Below, in pieces: positions 9,855 through 19,885 of a stretch of 64,000 bases of DNA (position 1 is its first letter; each line of letters opens with the position of its first letter). The stretch covers positions 75,365-139,364 of the forward strand of contig CAZMXP010000004.1 of the NCBI GenBank assembly GCA_964570285.1, in the 5' to 3' direction. A program made the position numbers and the translations under genes. This DNA comes from an uncultured Planctomycetaceae bacterium. Lineage in GTDB: Bacteria > Planctomycetota > PLA2. The notes under the pieces were generated by a model, which did not search any database, had not been told where the DNA came from, and saw only the letters and a list, made by a program, of their open reading frames with translations.

Positions 9855-10526
9855 TTACGGCTCGACGAGGCCCTCGCGGATCGCGTAGCGGACGAGGTCG
9901 ACGCGGTCGTGGATCTGCAGCTTGCGCATGATCGACTGCTGGTGGGCGTCGATCGTCTTGCTGCTGCGGAAGAGTTCCTTCGCGATCGACGCGCGGGAGA
10001 GGCCGCGGCCGATCATGCGCAGCACCTGCTGCTCGCGCGAGGTCAGCAGTTGCGACCGCGACGCGGGCTTCTCGGCCTTGCGGCCGGGGCGGCCCGCCGC
10101 CACCGGGCAGCGCTCCTCGACCGACGGCGAGAGCACGAACTCGCCGCGCGCGACGCGGCGGATCGCGCTGACGATCTCGTCGGGGTCGTCCCCCTTGCTG
10201 AGGTAGCCCCACGCCCCCGCCTCGACGGCGGCGTCGAGGTAGTGGTCGCGCACGTAGGCGGAGAGCATCAGCACCCGCGCGTCGGGGCAGCGGCGCGAGA
10301 TGTCGGCCAGCGCCTCGAAGGGGTCGGGCCCGGGCATCTCGATGTCGAGGGTGATCACGTCGGGGCGCCGCTGCACGACCTCCTGCACGAGGCCCTTCGC
10401 GTCGGGCAGCCAGCCGACGAAGGCCATGCCCGGGTCGAGCGAGATCTTCAGCTTGAGCCCCTCCGCGAGGAAGGCGTGGTCATCCACGCAGAGCACGCGG
10501 ATCGGTGCGTTGACCTGTCTCATCAT
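9855..10526 (-). CDS. NarL/LuxR-family response regulator
   Basis: IRVLCVDDH, PDVITLDIEMPG, GYLSK, and LuxR HTH LTSREQQVLRMIGRGLSRASIAKELFRSSKTIDAH. Confidence 0.93.
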   Translation of the reverse strand: MMRQVNAPIRVLCVDDHAFLAEGLKLKISLDPGMAFVGWLPDAKGLVQEVVQRRPDVITLDIEMPGPDPFEALADISRRCPDARVLMLSAYVRDHYLDAAVEAGAWGYLSKGDDPDEIVSAIRRVARGEFVLSPSVEERCPVAAGRPGRKAEKPASRSQLLTSREQQVLRMIGRGLSRASIAKELFRSSKTIDAHQQSIMRKLQIHDRVDLVRYAIREGLVEP

Positions 10527-12753
10527 CGTTCTCCAGGAGATGGAAGACCACCTGCCGCAGCGAGCGGCGCAGCGCATCGGGGCCGCCGCGGCGGTCCACG
10601 AAGACGAACCCGGGCTCGCGCGCCGCGCCCGGCAGGTCGCCCACGAAGACGACCCTGCGCCTCGGATCCCCGTCGAGATAGCGCCGGGCCGTCTCGAGCG
10701 CGGGCAGCGACGGCTCGACGATCCAGATGCGCGCGTCGCCGGGCCCGTGCGGCGGCGCGGGCCTCGCGTCGAGTCCCGCGGAACGCACGAGGAGCGTCGC
10801 GTACGCCGCGAGGCGCGGATCGGCGAGGGAGACGGCGGCCACCATGCGCGCCTCCTCCTCCCCCCCGGCCCCCCCTCCATCGCCGCGGGAGGCGGCGCGC
10901 TCCGCGATCGGCAGGCTCAGCCGGATCGTCGTGCCCCCCCCCGGCTCCGAGTCGAGATCGACGGCGCCGCCGCACCCCTGGGCGACGCCGTGCACGAGCG
11001 CGAGGCCGAGGCCCGTCGAGAGGCCGCGCTTCTTGGTCGTGAAGAAGGGGTCGAAGGCGTGGCGGCGCACGTCGGGCGACATGCCGCGGCCGTCGTCGCG
11101 CACGAGCAGCCGCACGAGGCCGGCCTCGGGGTGCGCCTGCGCGGCGATGTGCACGTTGCCGCGGCCGTCGATCGCCTCGGCGGCATTCGCGGCAAGGTTG
11201 AGCACCGCCTGCGAGAGGCGGTGCGCGGGGACGGCCACCGGCGGGAGCCCCTCGGGGAAGTCGGCGCGCAGCGCGATGCGCGCGGGCAGCGCGTTGCGGA
11301 TGAGCGGCTGCACGGTCGCCCACCAGCCGGGCAGCGCGGTCGCCACGGTGGAGGCGCTGCCGTCCTCCGGGTCGAGCGCGAAGAGGCGCAGGCCCTGGCT
11401 CAACTGCCGCAGGTAGTCGATCGCGTGGCGCACCGCGGCGAGTTCCGCGCGGGCGGCGTCGCTGAGCGGCGTGCTGTCCATCACGTCGAGGCGGCAGAGG
11501 ATGGGCAGGATCGTGTTGCCGAGGTCGTGGCCGAGCCCCGCCGCGAGCGTGCCGATGGACGCGAGCCGCTCCGCGATGCGCAGCCGCTCGTGCGACGCCT
11601 CGAGTTGCGCGGTGCGCTGCTCGACGAGCGTCTCCAGCTGCTTTCGGTGCGTCTCGAGTTCGCGCTCGGCGCGGCGCCGTTCCAGCGCGGTGCCGAGGAC
11701 GTTCGCGACGGCCTGCAGGAAGTGCACGTCGTCGGCCGTGAACGAGCGCCGCTGCTGGCCGTGGGCCGCGAGCACGCCGTAGGGGGCGTGGTGGCCGTGG
11801 ATGACGACCGAGAGCCCGCTCTTGATCTCGTGGTCGCGGTGGAGCCTGCTCGGGGTGAACCGCTCCTCGCGGTCGATGTCCTGCGCGATGACCGGCTTGC
11901 CCTGAAGCAGCGTGAATCCCGCCTGCGACCCCTTGCCGGCGGCGACCTCGCAGCGGCCCACGAGCCCCTCGTGCCAGCCCGTGCCGGCGCGCAGCAGCAG
12001 CGCGCCGCTCGCGGGCAGGAACTCGAGCAGCTTGCAGTGGCCGACGCCGAGCGTGGAGGCCGCGAGCCGCACCGCATCGCTCATCAGCGTCTCCACGTCG
12101 GTGGTCTCCGCCAGCGCGTGCAGTCCCAGCCGCGCGACCGCCTTCTGCTGCCGCTCGCGTGTCAGCAGCTCCACCTCGACCTGCTTGCGCGCCACGACCG
12201 GCCCCAAGGGGGCGATCGCCGCCACCGTCCGCCCCGCCTCGCGCGCGGCCTCGCCGGCCGGGAGCGGCTCGGTCCGGTAGAGCACGAACACCGCGACCGC
12301 CTCCTCGTCGCTGAGGAGCGGGATCGCGAGCGCGCTCCTGAATCCGGTGCGCATCGCGACGCGCCGCCGCGTGAAGGAGGTCGCCTCCTCCGCCTCGATG
12401 TCGCAGACCCACGCCGGCGCGCGCGAACTCCACACGCGCCCCGGCAGCCCGCCGCCGGGCAGGAAGCCGAGCCGGCGGCTCGCGAGCAGGTACTCGCGGT
12501 AGTCGGGGTTCGTGCGCGGCCAGGACATGCCGGGCTTGAGCACGCTGCCGTCCCGCGACGGGACCCACGCCTCGCCGAAGCACCATCCGAAGGTCGAGCA
12601 GAGCCGCCGGAGGATCGCGAGCAGCGCGCGCCCGGAGTCCTTCGCCTTGCTGGCCGAGAGCGAGAGGTCCTCGTGCAGCCGGCGGACGTCCCCGTCCCGG
12701 GGTGCCGCACCCGGAAGCGCGTCGGGAAGGCCGTTCCCTTCGGTTCTCTCCAT
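10480..12753 (-). CDS. Sensor histidine kinase with two GAF domains
   Basis: GAF segments (GLPGRVW, SGLSVVI), H-box GLGHDLGN, LNLAANAAEA, VRDDGRGM, FDPFFTTK, GLGLALV. Confidence 0.92.
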   Translation of the reverse strand: MERTEGNGLPDALPGAAPRDGDVRRLHEDLSLSASKAKDSGRALLAILRRLCSTFGWCFGEAWVPSRDGSVLKPGMSWPRTNPDYREYLLASRRLGFLPGGGLPGRVWSSRAPAWVCDIEAEEATSFTRRRVAMRTGFRSALAIPLLSDEEAVAVFVLYRTEPLPAGEAAREAGRTVAAIAPLGPVVARKQVEVELLTRERQQKAVARLGLHALAETTDVETLMSDAVRLAASTLGVGHCKLLEFLPASGALLLRAGTGWHEGLVGRCEVAAGKGSQAGFTLLQGKPVIAQDIDREERFTPSRLHRDHEIKSGLSVVIHGHHAPYGVLAAHGQQRRSFTADDVHFLQAVANVLGTALERRRAERELETHRKQLETLVEQRTAQLEASHERLRIAERLASIGTLAAGLGHDLGNTILPILCRLDVMDSTPLSDAARAELAAVRHAIDYLRQLSQGLRLFALDPEDGSASTVATALPGWWATVQPLIRNALPARIALRADFPEGLPPVAVPAHRLSQAVLNLAANAAEAIDGRGNVHIAAQAHPEAGLVRLLVRDDGRGMSPDVRRHAFDPFFTTKKRGLSTGLGLALVHGVAQGCGGAVDLDSEPGGGTTIRLSLPIAERAASRGDGGGAGGEEEARMVAAVSLADPRLAAYATLLVRSAGLDARPAPPHGPGDARIWIVEPSLPALETARRYLDGDPRRRVVFVGDLPGAAREPGFVFVDRRGGPDALRRSLRQVVFHLLENDDETGQRTDPRALRG

Positions 12754-12822
12754 GACCGCGGTCCATTCTAAGGGGCCGGGACCGGGCCTCCCCCCGGCGG
12801 GCCGCGAATAGGGAGGACTGCC

Positions 12823-12936
12823 TAGTACTACAGCGCTACATCCGCCGTGAAGGACCGAGGCCCAGCGAGGCGGCGCGGCGAAGCCGGGCGGTCGCGGAGC
12901 CGGCCGAATCCAGGCGGATGTAGCGCTGTAGTACTA
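12823..12936. repeat. Perfect 24-bp inverted repeat with a 66-bp spacer
   Basis: TAGTACTACAGCGCTACATCCGCC at 12823-12846 and its exact reverse complement at 12913-12936. Confidence 0.9.
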
Positions 12937-13155
12937 AGCGGTCATGGCGCGGTAGCGCCGGCTCCAGTCGGCGTGGTAGCCCGGATGGCGCTGCCGCCAC
13001 TCGCGCGTGTAGGCGCGTTCGCACGCCAGGCACCAGCAGCGCCGGTACGCGCGGTCGGCGGCCCCGTAGGTGCGGAAGACGCGGAACTCGGTGACGGGCT
13101 TCTCGGTGAGGCAGCGGCGGCAGGTCTTGGAGCCTGCCAGCGGGACATAGCTCAT
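12934..13155 (-). CDS. Small phage-like CxxC...CxxC zinc-ribbon protein
   Basis: [15 protein letters not shown]...[20 protein letters not shown]; AGGA upstream; ATGA-coupled to the upstream ORF. Confidence 0.6.
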   Translation of the reverse strand: MSYVPLAGSKTCRRCLTEKPVTEFRVFRTYGAADRAYRRCWCLACERAYTREWRQRHPGYHADWSRRYRAMTA

Positions 13156-13334
13156 CTCGGGGTCCTCGATGGGGTGGGGGGCCGGGGGCGGAGGCGCGGC
13201 CGAGGGCGAAGGCGCGGGGAGGCCGCCGCGCGGTTGTCGCGGCGCCCCAGCCAGTGCCGGAGCAGCGCCTCGCCCGCGAGCATGATCGCCAGGGCGACCA
13301 CCGCGAGCGCGATCAGAACGTCTCCTGCGGTCAT
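13152..13334 (-). CDS. Small single-pass membrane protein with Arg/Pro tail
   Basis: [25 protein letters not shown] hydrophobic helix; its stop overlaps the start of the zinc-ribbon gene. Confidence 0.5.
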   Translation of the reverse strand: MTAGDVLIALAVVALAIMLAGEALLRHWLGRRDNRAAASPRLRPRPRLRPRPPTPSRTPR

Positions 13335-13437
13335 GCCCGCCACCGTAGACCGCTACGGGTGGTGGCTCAATCGGGAGAGTGCCCTATTCGGGGTGGGAGC
13401 GTACGGCCAGAGCGGAACTCATGGGCCTGGCTCCGGA

Positions 13438-13523
13438 AGGCCGTGGGACGCGGCCCCCCGTCGCTCGCTGCGCGAGGTACAGGCCGTGGAACGCCGCCCC
13501 CCGTCGCTCGCTGCGCGAGCTAT
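13438..13523 (+). repeat. Two tandem 43-bp units with an identical 24-bp core
   Basis: Core GCCCCCCGTCGCTCGCTGCGCGAG at 13453-13476 and 13496-13519, each preceded by AGGCCGTGG(G/A)ACGC. Confidence 0.85.
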
Positions 13524-13530
13524 GGGGGGC

Positions 13531-13564
13531 GATTGGATTCCCCGCGGGGGCGGGGAATCCAATC
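13531..13564. terminator. Perfect 14-bp hairpin immediately 3' of tRNA-Ser
   Basis: GATTGGATTCCCCG / CGGGGAATCCAATC. Confidence 0.6.
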
Positions 13565-13648
13565 GGAGGGGGAGGGATTCGAACCCCCGGTGCCCGAAGG
13601 CACACCGGTTTTCAAAACCGGCTCATTCGACCGCTCTGACACCCCTCC
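13564..13648 (-). tRNA. tRNA-Ser(TGA)
   Basis: Acceptor stem GGAGGGG/CCCCTCC; anticodon arm CCGGT-TTTGAAA-ACCGG; long variable arm (GTGCC-TTCG-GGCAC); T-arm GGGGG-TTCGAAT-CCCTC; CCA not encoded. Confidence 0.97.
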
Positions 13649-13663
13649 GCGGGGACGCCCAGT

Positions 13664-14629
13664 CTACTCCCACTCGGCCGCGATCGCGCGGCAGCGGGCG
13701 ATCTCCTCGTGCGGCGAGAGGAGCCGGCGCCCGCGCCCGGCGCCGGTCAGGATGCGCACATAGAGGAAGTAGATGCGCGTGATGCCCTGCGCGTCGAGGC
13801 GCGCGGCCCACTCGGGGTCGCGAAACCGCCGCGTGTAGCTCGCGACGGGCTCGTCGTCGAGCAGGTGCACCTCGATGCGCGCGGCGGGGAAGGCCTCCTC
13901 GAGCAGGCCGAGCAGGTGCGGGTCGTCGTCGCTGCCCGGCGAGAAGGTCACGATCTCGAACCTCCCCCCGGGCCGCAGCCGGCGAGGCGCCTCGCGCAGG
14001 CACGCGCGGATCACGTCGAGGCCGTCCTCTCCGCCGTGGCTGTGAAGGAAGAAGGGCTCGCTGTCCGGCGCGATCTCGAACGGCGGGTTGAACAGGATCA
14101 CGTCGTAGGTGGCGTCGCGCGGCAGCGGTTCGAAGAGCGAACCCTCGAGGAAGGTGGGGGGGGCGCGGGGGGGGCAGAGCGCGGCGTTGAACGCGGAGAA
14201 GGCGAGGGCGCGCGGGTTGATGTCGACCCCGACCACGGATCTCCCGAGGTCGGCGGCGCAGAGGGAGTTCGCGCCGCTGCCCGAGCAGAGTTCCAGCACG
14301 TCGTCGCCCTCGCGGATCGTGCTGTTGCGCATCAGGTAGACCTGCTCGAACATCAGCGAGAAGACCTGGTCGGGCCCCTCGTGCGAGAGCAGGTCGGTCG
14401 CGACGAACCTCCCGAAGAAGGGGAAGATCCGCACCGTCGGGCGGTAGCGCCCGAGCCAGTCGCGGCGGACGAGCCCGCAATCCGCGAACGGCCGCATCCG
14501 CCCGGGATCCCCGCGCAGCGGCAGCCCCTGGAGGAAGAGTCTCTTGTAGCGGTCCCCCGACCCCTTCCACATCGCGCCCAGCGCGGGAGAGACCGCCGCC
14601 GTCGGTTCCCGGGGCGGCGGGAAGGTCAT
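13664..14629 (-). CDS. Class I SAM-dependent methyltransferase (HemK/MTS-like)
   Basis: [38 protein letters not shown]; ATG 14629 overlaps the antiporter stop. Confidence 0.88.
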   Translation of the reverse strand: MTFPPPREPTAAVSPALGAMWKGSGDRYKRLFLQGLPLRGDPGRMRPFADCGLVRRDWLGRYRPTVRIFPFFGRFVATDLLSHEGPDQVFSLMFEQVYLMRNSTIREGDDVLELCSGSGANSLCAADLGRSVVGVDINPRALAFSAFNAALCPPRAPPTFLEGSLFEPLPRDATYDVILFNPPFEIAPDSEPFFLHSHGGEDGLDVIRACLREAPRRLRPGGRFEIVTFSPGSDDDPHLLGLLEEAFPAARIEVHLLDDEPVASYTRRFRDPEWAARLDAQGITRIYFLYVRILTGAGRGRRLLSPHEEIARCRAIAAEWE

Positions 14630-16386
14630 GTCGTCTCCGCGACGAGCGCCACGAGCGTCTGCTTGCCCGCCGGCGCGAAGGGTCGCTCGTGGTTGGCGAT
14701 CGTCACCTCGCCCTTCTCGCTGACGGCGGCGAGCGCGAGCGCGTCGGGACCGTGGACGGCGCGCCAGGCGTCGAGCGTGAACTGCTCGGTCAGCTTGGTC
14801 GCGCGGAAGCGGGCGCCGCTCGCGTAGCGCTCCTCCATCGTGGCGTGGTCCGCCGGCAGCGAGCGGCCGCGCAGGTGCGCGTGGCCGGGCTCCTCCTGCG
14901 GGGCGAGCTGGTAGGTCCACCGGCGGCCGAAGAGTTCGCGGTAGTGCAGCGCGGCCAGCGCGTTCACGTCGTCGTTCGGCGTCAGCGCGAGCAGGCGTCC
15001 GATGCCCTGCAGGTCGAGTTCGTCCTCGGTGCTCTCGGCGAGGATGTTCGCCCGGACCGCGGGCATCCCGGCCATGCGGGCGTCGCTGACGTTCTGCGGG
15101 TTGGTGTCCACGAAGAGGACGCGGATGCCGAGATCCTGCATCGTATTGCCGAAGTCGCGCGCCCAGGCCGGCGCGCCGATCAGCAGCAGGCCCTGCGGGT
15201 GCGGGGCCGCGAGCCGGAGGCGGTAGGCGAGCGGCGCCGCGGCGAGGCCGTAGACGGCCACCGTGCCGAGGATGACGATGAACGTCGTCGAGAGGATCTC
15301 GGGGCGGTCGAGGCGCAGCGCGAAGACCGAGGCCACCGCGGCGGCGACGATGCCCCGGGGCGCGACGCAGGAGAGGAAGATGCGCTCGCGCAGGGTCAGG
15401 TTCGAGCCGATCGTGCACGCGAAGACGGTGAGCGGGCGCACGACGAGGAAGAGCGCCGCGAGGAAGGCGATGCGCCCCGCGTCCACGCGGGCGACGTCCG
15501 CGAGTTCGATGCGCGAGGCGAGCAGCAGGAAGAGGCTCGAGATGATGAGGACGCGCAGGTTCTCCTTGAACTCGAGGATGTGGGCGACCGAGACCCGGTG
15601 CTGGTTGGCGAGGATCACGCCCATCAGCGTGACGGTCAGGAGCCCCGCATCGTGCTGGACGGCATTGGCGGCGACGAAGGCGCCCACCGTCGCCGCCAGC
15701 GCCGCGGTGCTGTGCAGGAAGTCCGGCACCCAGTGGCGGCGCAGCAGCGCCATCAGCAGCCAGGCCACGACGGCGCCGAGCCCGCCGCCGACGAAGATCG
15801 TCTTCAGGACCCCCGCGACGGCGATGCCCGCGACCGTGGTTCCCCCGTGGCTCGCGATGGCCTCGAAGACCAGCACGGCGGTGACCGCGCCGACCGGGTC
15901 GATCAGGATGCCCTCCCAGCGCAGGATCGAGCCGACCGGCCCGGTGGGGCGGATCTGGCGCAGCAGCGGTCCGACCACCGTCGGGCCGGTGACGATGAGC
16001 ACGGCCCCGATCAGCGTCGCGATCGCGGGGTCGTAGCCGAGGAAGTGGTGCGCGGCGAGCGCGGTGAGCGCCCACGTGATGCCGGCCCCGACGGTGACGA
16101 GCAGCGCGACGATCTTCAGCGCCTTGCCCACCTCGGAGAGGCGCAGCGTGAGCCCCCCCTCGAAGAGCAGCACCGCGACCGAAAGCGACACGATCGGCAG
16201 CAGCGACTCCCCGAAGAGGAGGTCGGCGTCGATGAGCCCCGCGACCTCCGGTCCCGCGAGGAAGCCGAACACGAGCAGCAGCAGGATCGACGGGAGGCGC
16301 GTGCGCCACGCGATCCACTGGGCGAGCATGCCGAGCACGACGATCGCGGCGAGGCCCAGCAGCAGGGAGTCGGCGGCGGCGACCAT
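14626..16386 (-). CDS. CPA1/NhaP-type cation:proton antiporter with C-terminal TrkA-N-like domain
   Basis: About 12 TM helices; LLFEGGL, VTGPTVVGPLL, LRWEGILIDP, APRGIVAAAVAS; start moved to ATG 16386. Confidence 0.92.
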   Translation of the reverse strand: MVAAADSLLLGLAAIVVLGMLAQWIAWRTRLPSILLLLVFGFLAGPEVAGLIDADLLFGESLLPIVSLSVAVLLFEGGLTLRLSEVGKALKIVALLVTVGAGITWALTALAAHHFLGYDPAIATLIGAVLIVTGPTVVGPLLRQIRPTGPVGSILRWEGILIDPVGAVTAVLVFEAIASHGGTTVAGIAVAGVLKTIFVGGGLGAVVAWLLMALLRRHWVPDFLHSTAALAATVGAFVAANAVQHDAGLLTVTLMGVILANQHRVSVAHILEFKENLRVLIISSLFLLLASRIELADVARVDAGRIAFLAALFLVVRPLTVFACTIGSNLTLRERIFLSCVAPRGIVAAAVASVFALRLDRPEILSTTFIVILGTVAVYGLAAAPLAYRLRLAAPHPQGLLLIGAPAWARDFGNTMQDLGIRVLFVDTNPQNVSDARMAGMPAVRANILAESTEDELDLQGIGRLLALTPNDDVNALAALHYRELFGRRWTYQLAPQEEPGHAHLRGRSLPADHATMEERYASGARFRATKLTEQFTLDAWRAVHGPDALALAAVSEKGEVTIANHERPFAPAGKQTLVALVAETT

Positions 16387-16387
16387 G

Positions 16388-16756
16388 TCACCGTGCCGCG
16401 GCGTAGCCGAGGCCGACGGCCGCGAGGCCGAGCAGCAGGTGGCCGCCGACGTTGAGCAGCGCGAGCCCGACATGTCCCTCGCGCAGCAGGCCGAAGGTCC
16501 CCCAGCCGAAGGTGCTGAACGTCGTGAACGAGCCCAGGAACCCCGTCAGCACGAGGAGCCGCGTGGTCTCCGCGACGTGGGCGCGCTGCTCGAAGACCCC
16601 CATCGCGAGGCCGATGGCGAGGCAGCCGAGCAGGTTGACGACGAGCGTCCCCGCGGGGAATCGCGCCGGGAAGCCCCGCTGCACGACGTCGGCGAGCCCG
16701 TGCCGCGCGAGCGCGCCGACAAACCCCCCGAGGCCGATCACGAGAAGCTGCATCAT
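16388..16756 (-). CDS. crcB: Fluoride efflux channel Fluc/CrcB
   Basis: GGFVGALARH, GTLVVNLLGC, GFLGSFTTFSTF. Confidence 0.95.
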   Translation of the reverse strand: MMQLLVIGLGGFVGALARHGLADVVQRGFPARFPAGTLVVNLLGCLAIGLAMGVFEQRAHVAETTRLLVLTGFLGSFTTFSTFGWGTFGLLREGHVGLALLNVGGHLLLGLAAVGLGYAAAR

Positions 16757-16757
16757 G

Positions 16758-17165
16758 CTACTCGCGCGCCTGCAGCTCCTCGAGCACGTCCTCGTGCACG
16801 AAGAGGGGCGCGCCGCTCCGCACCGCCAGCGCGATCGCGTCGCTCGGCCGCGCGTCCACCTCCACCTCCGTGCCGCCGCGCGCGAGCACGAGGCTCGCGT
16901 AGAAGGTCCCCCCCCGCAGCGCGGTCACCTCCACGCGGGCGACGGCCGCCCCGAGCGCCGTGATCGACGCGTGGAGCAGCTCGTGGGTGAGCGGCCGCGG
17001 CATCGACTGCTCCTTCACGAACCGGTCGATGGCGAACGCCTCGTTGATCGCGATCACGATCGGGAACTCCCGGCCCCCCTTCTTCTCGCGCAGGTAGATG
17101 AACTGCTGGTCCGTCGTCTCGTTGATGATGATCCGCGCCAGCTCGACCTCGACCATGCGGTCCAT
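16758..17165 (-). CDS. Bifunctional nuclease family protein (DUF151/BFN)
   Basis: PIVIAINEAFAI, PRPLTHELL, GTFYASL, DARPSDAIALA. Confidence 0.9.
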   Translation of the reverse strand: MDRMVEVELARIIINETTDQQFIYLREKKGGREFPIVIAINEAFAIDRFVKEQSMPRPLTHELLHASITALGAAVARVEVTALRGGTFYASLVLARGGTEVEVDARPSDAIALAVRSGAPLFVHEDVLEELQARE

Positions 17166-17221
17166 GCGGCGGGAGTCTAACACCCGCGGCGCGGAGCCGC
17201 CGCAGGTGATAATAGGAGGGC

Positions 17222-18454
<1,233 letters not shown>

Positions 18455-18460
18455 GGTCCG

Positions 18461-18559
18461 ATGAAAGATCCTTTCATCGGGCGCGAGGCGGGGGGGCCCC
18501 GGGGGCCGGTCGGCCATTGGCCCCCGGATTGCGGACGTCCCGCGGGGCGGTGTTCATGA
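18461..18559 (+). other. 32-codon uORF or relic of a kinase 5' end (MKDPFIGREAGG...), coupled to the STK1 start
   Basis: Manual translation MKDPFIGREAGGPRGPVGHWPPDCGRPAGRCS*; its TGA overlaps ATG 18556; its ATG lies in the hairpin CCGATGAAAG-ATC-CTTTCATCGG. Confidence 0.45.
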
Positions 18560-19803
18560 CGGCGGATCCTCTGGTCGGGCGGGAGTTCGGTGGCTACCGG
18601 ATCGAGGCGCTCCTGGGCGCGGGCGGGATGGGCTCGGTCTACCGGGCGACGCAGCTGAGCCTGAGCCGCCCGGTCGCGCTCAAGGTGCTTCCCGAGCCGG
18701 TCGGCGCCGACGCCCAGTTCGTGCACCGCTTCCACCGCGAGGCTGAGGTTCTCGCGTCGCTCTCGCACCCCAACGTCGTGCAGGTGATCGACCGCGGCGA
18801 GTGCGCGGGCCGCTACTTCATCGCGATGGAGTACGTGGACGGGGAGAATCTCCGCAAGATCATGCGGAGGGGGCCGATGGCCGCCCCGGAGGCGTGCCGG
18901 GTCGTGCGCGGGCTGCTCGACGCGCTCGACTACGCCCACCGTCGCGGCGTGATCCACCGCGACATCAAGCCCGAGAACGTGCTCGTCTCGTCCGACGGGG
19001 TCGTGAAGGTGGCCGACTTCGGGCTCTCCCGGGTCTTTGGCGGCGACGGGCCGGAGTCGCGCCTGACGAAGACGCAGATGCTGCTCGGCACCTTCGAATA
19101 CATGGCGCCGGAGCAGCGCGAACGCGCGAAGGAGGCGGATGCCCGCAGCGACCTCTACGCGACCGCGGTGGTCTTCTACGAGATGCTCACCGGCGAGTTG
19201 CCGATCGGCCGCTTCGCGATGCCGAGCGAGCGCCTGCCGGGACTCGACGCGCGCCTCGACGCCATCCTCGACCGCGGCCTCGCGAAGGACCCCGAGGGCC
19301 GCTACGGTCGCGCCAGCGAGATGGGGCGCGCGATCGCGTCGCTCGGGGAGCTTTCGGCCCCCGAGCCCCCCCCGGAATGGCCCTCGTGGCGAGGGGCGGC
19401 GGCGGGGGTGAAGCGCCTGGTCGCCACGCTCCGTCCGCGCCCCGGACCGCGCCACCTCATGCGCCTCGACCTGCTGCTGACGCTGCTCGCGCTCCTGGGC
19501 ATGCTGATGTCGGCCGTCGGCCTCGTGCTGCTGCTTGCCCACGAGGAGTTCGAGGTCGGCCTCTGCGACATCGACCGCGACGCGGCGGGCCTCGTCGTGC
19601 TGCTCTACGGCATGCTGCTCTGGCACAGCGCCGGGCGGGCGCGCCGCCGCTCCGCGGGCGCGCGGGGGATGCTGCTCGCGCTGACCGCGCTCGCGCTGCC
19701 GACGCTCGTCGCGATCCCCGTGACGGCGTGGACCTGGGTCGTGCTGCTCGACCGGCGCGTGCGCGCCCATTTCGAGGACGGCATCGCGAGCCCGGTTCGG
19801 TAG
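18556..19803 (+). CDS. Membrane Ser/Thr protein kinase (STK1)
   Basis: [35 protein letters not shown]; three hydrophobic helices at the C-terminus. Confidence 0.95.
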   Translation: MTADPLVGREFGGYRIEALLGAGGMGSVYRATQLSLSRPVALKVLPEPVGADAQFVHRFHREAEVLASLSHPNVVQVIDRGECAGRYFIAMEYVDGENLRKIMRRGPMAAPEACRVVRGLLDALDYAHRRGVIHRDIKPENVLVSSDGVVKVADFGLSRVFGGDGPESRLTKTQMLLGTFEYMAPEQRERAKEADARSDLYATAVVFYEMLTGELPIGRFAMPSERLPGLDARLDAILDRGLAKDPEGRYGRASEMGRAIASLGELSAPEPPPEWPSWRGAAAGVKRLVATLRPRPGPRHLMRLDLLLTLLALLGMLMSAVGLVLLLAHEEFEVGLCDIDRDAAGLVVLLYGMLLWHSAGRARRRSAGARGMLLALTALALPTLVAIPVTAWTWVVLLDRRVRAHFEDGIASPVR

Positions 19804-19826
19804 TTGCGCCCCGGCCGGATCCCTGC

Positions 19827-19885
19827 GGAGTCCCCGCGCAGCGCGCGCACCGCGCCGCGGGGACTCCTTCGTGCCTTCGCGCCTC
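19827..19885. repeat. REP-like element: 12-bp inverted repeat plus CTTCGTGCCTTCGCGCCTCCGTGG tail
   Basis: GGAGTCCCCGCG (19827-19838) / CGCGGGGACTCC (19856-19867). Confidence 0.5.

Noticed and set aside
13368-13390. Possible att-site duplicate of the tRNA-Ser 3' end (CAATCGG...ATTCG, similar to 13560-13581)
   Set aside because: Only a 7-bp plus a 5-bp match with a divergent middle, too weak to call attL/attR. There is no integrase in the window.
13438-13523. Possible CRISPR array
   Set aside because: Only two units, the sequence between the cores is itself related, and no cas genes are present.
16756-17221. Fluoride riboswitch upstream of the crcB operon
   Set aside because: No GGCGATG...TGATG-type motif was seen, crcB abuts the upstream gene, and the 56-bp divergent gap is taken up by two -10 boxes.
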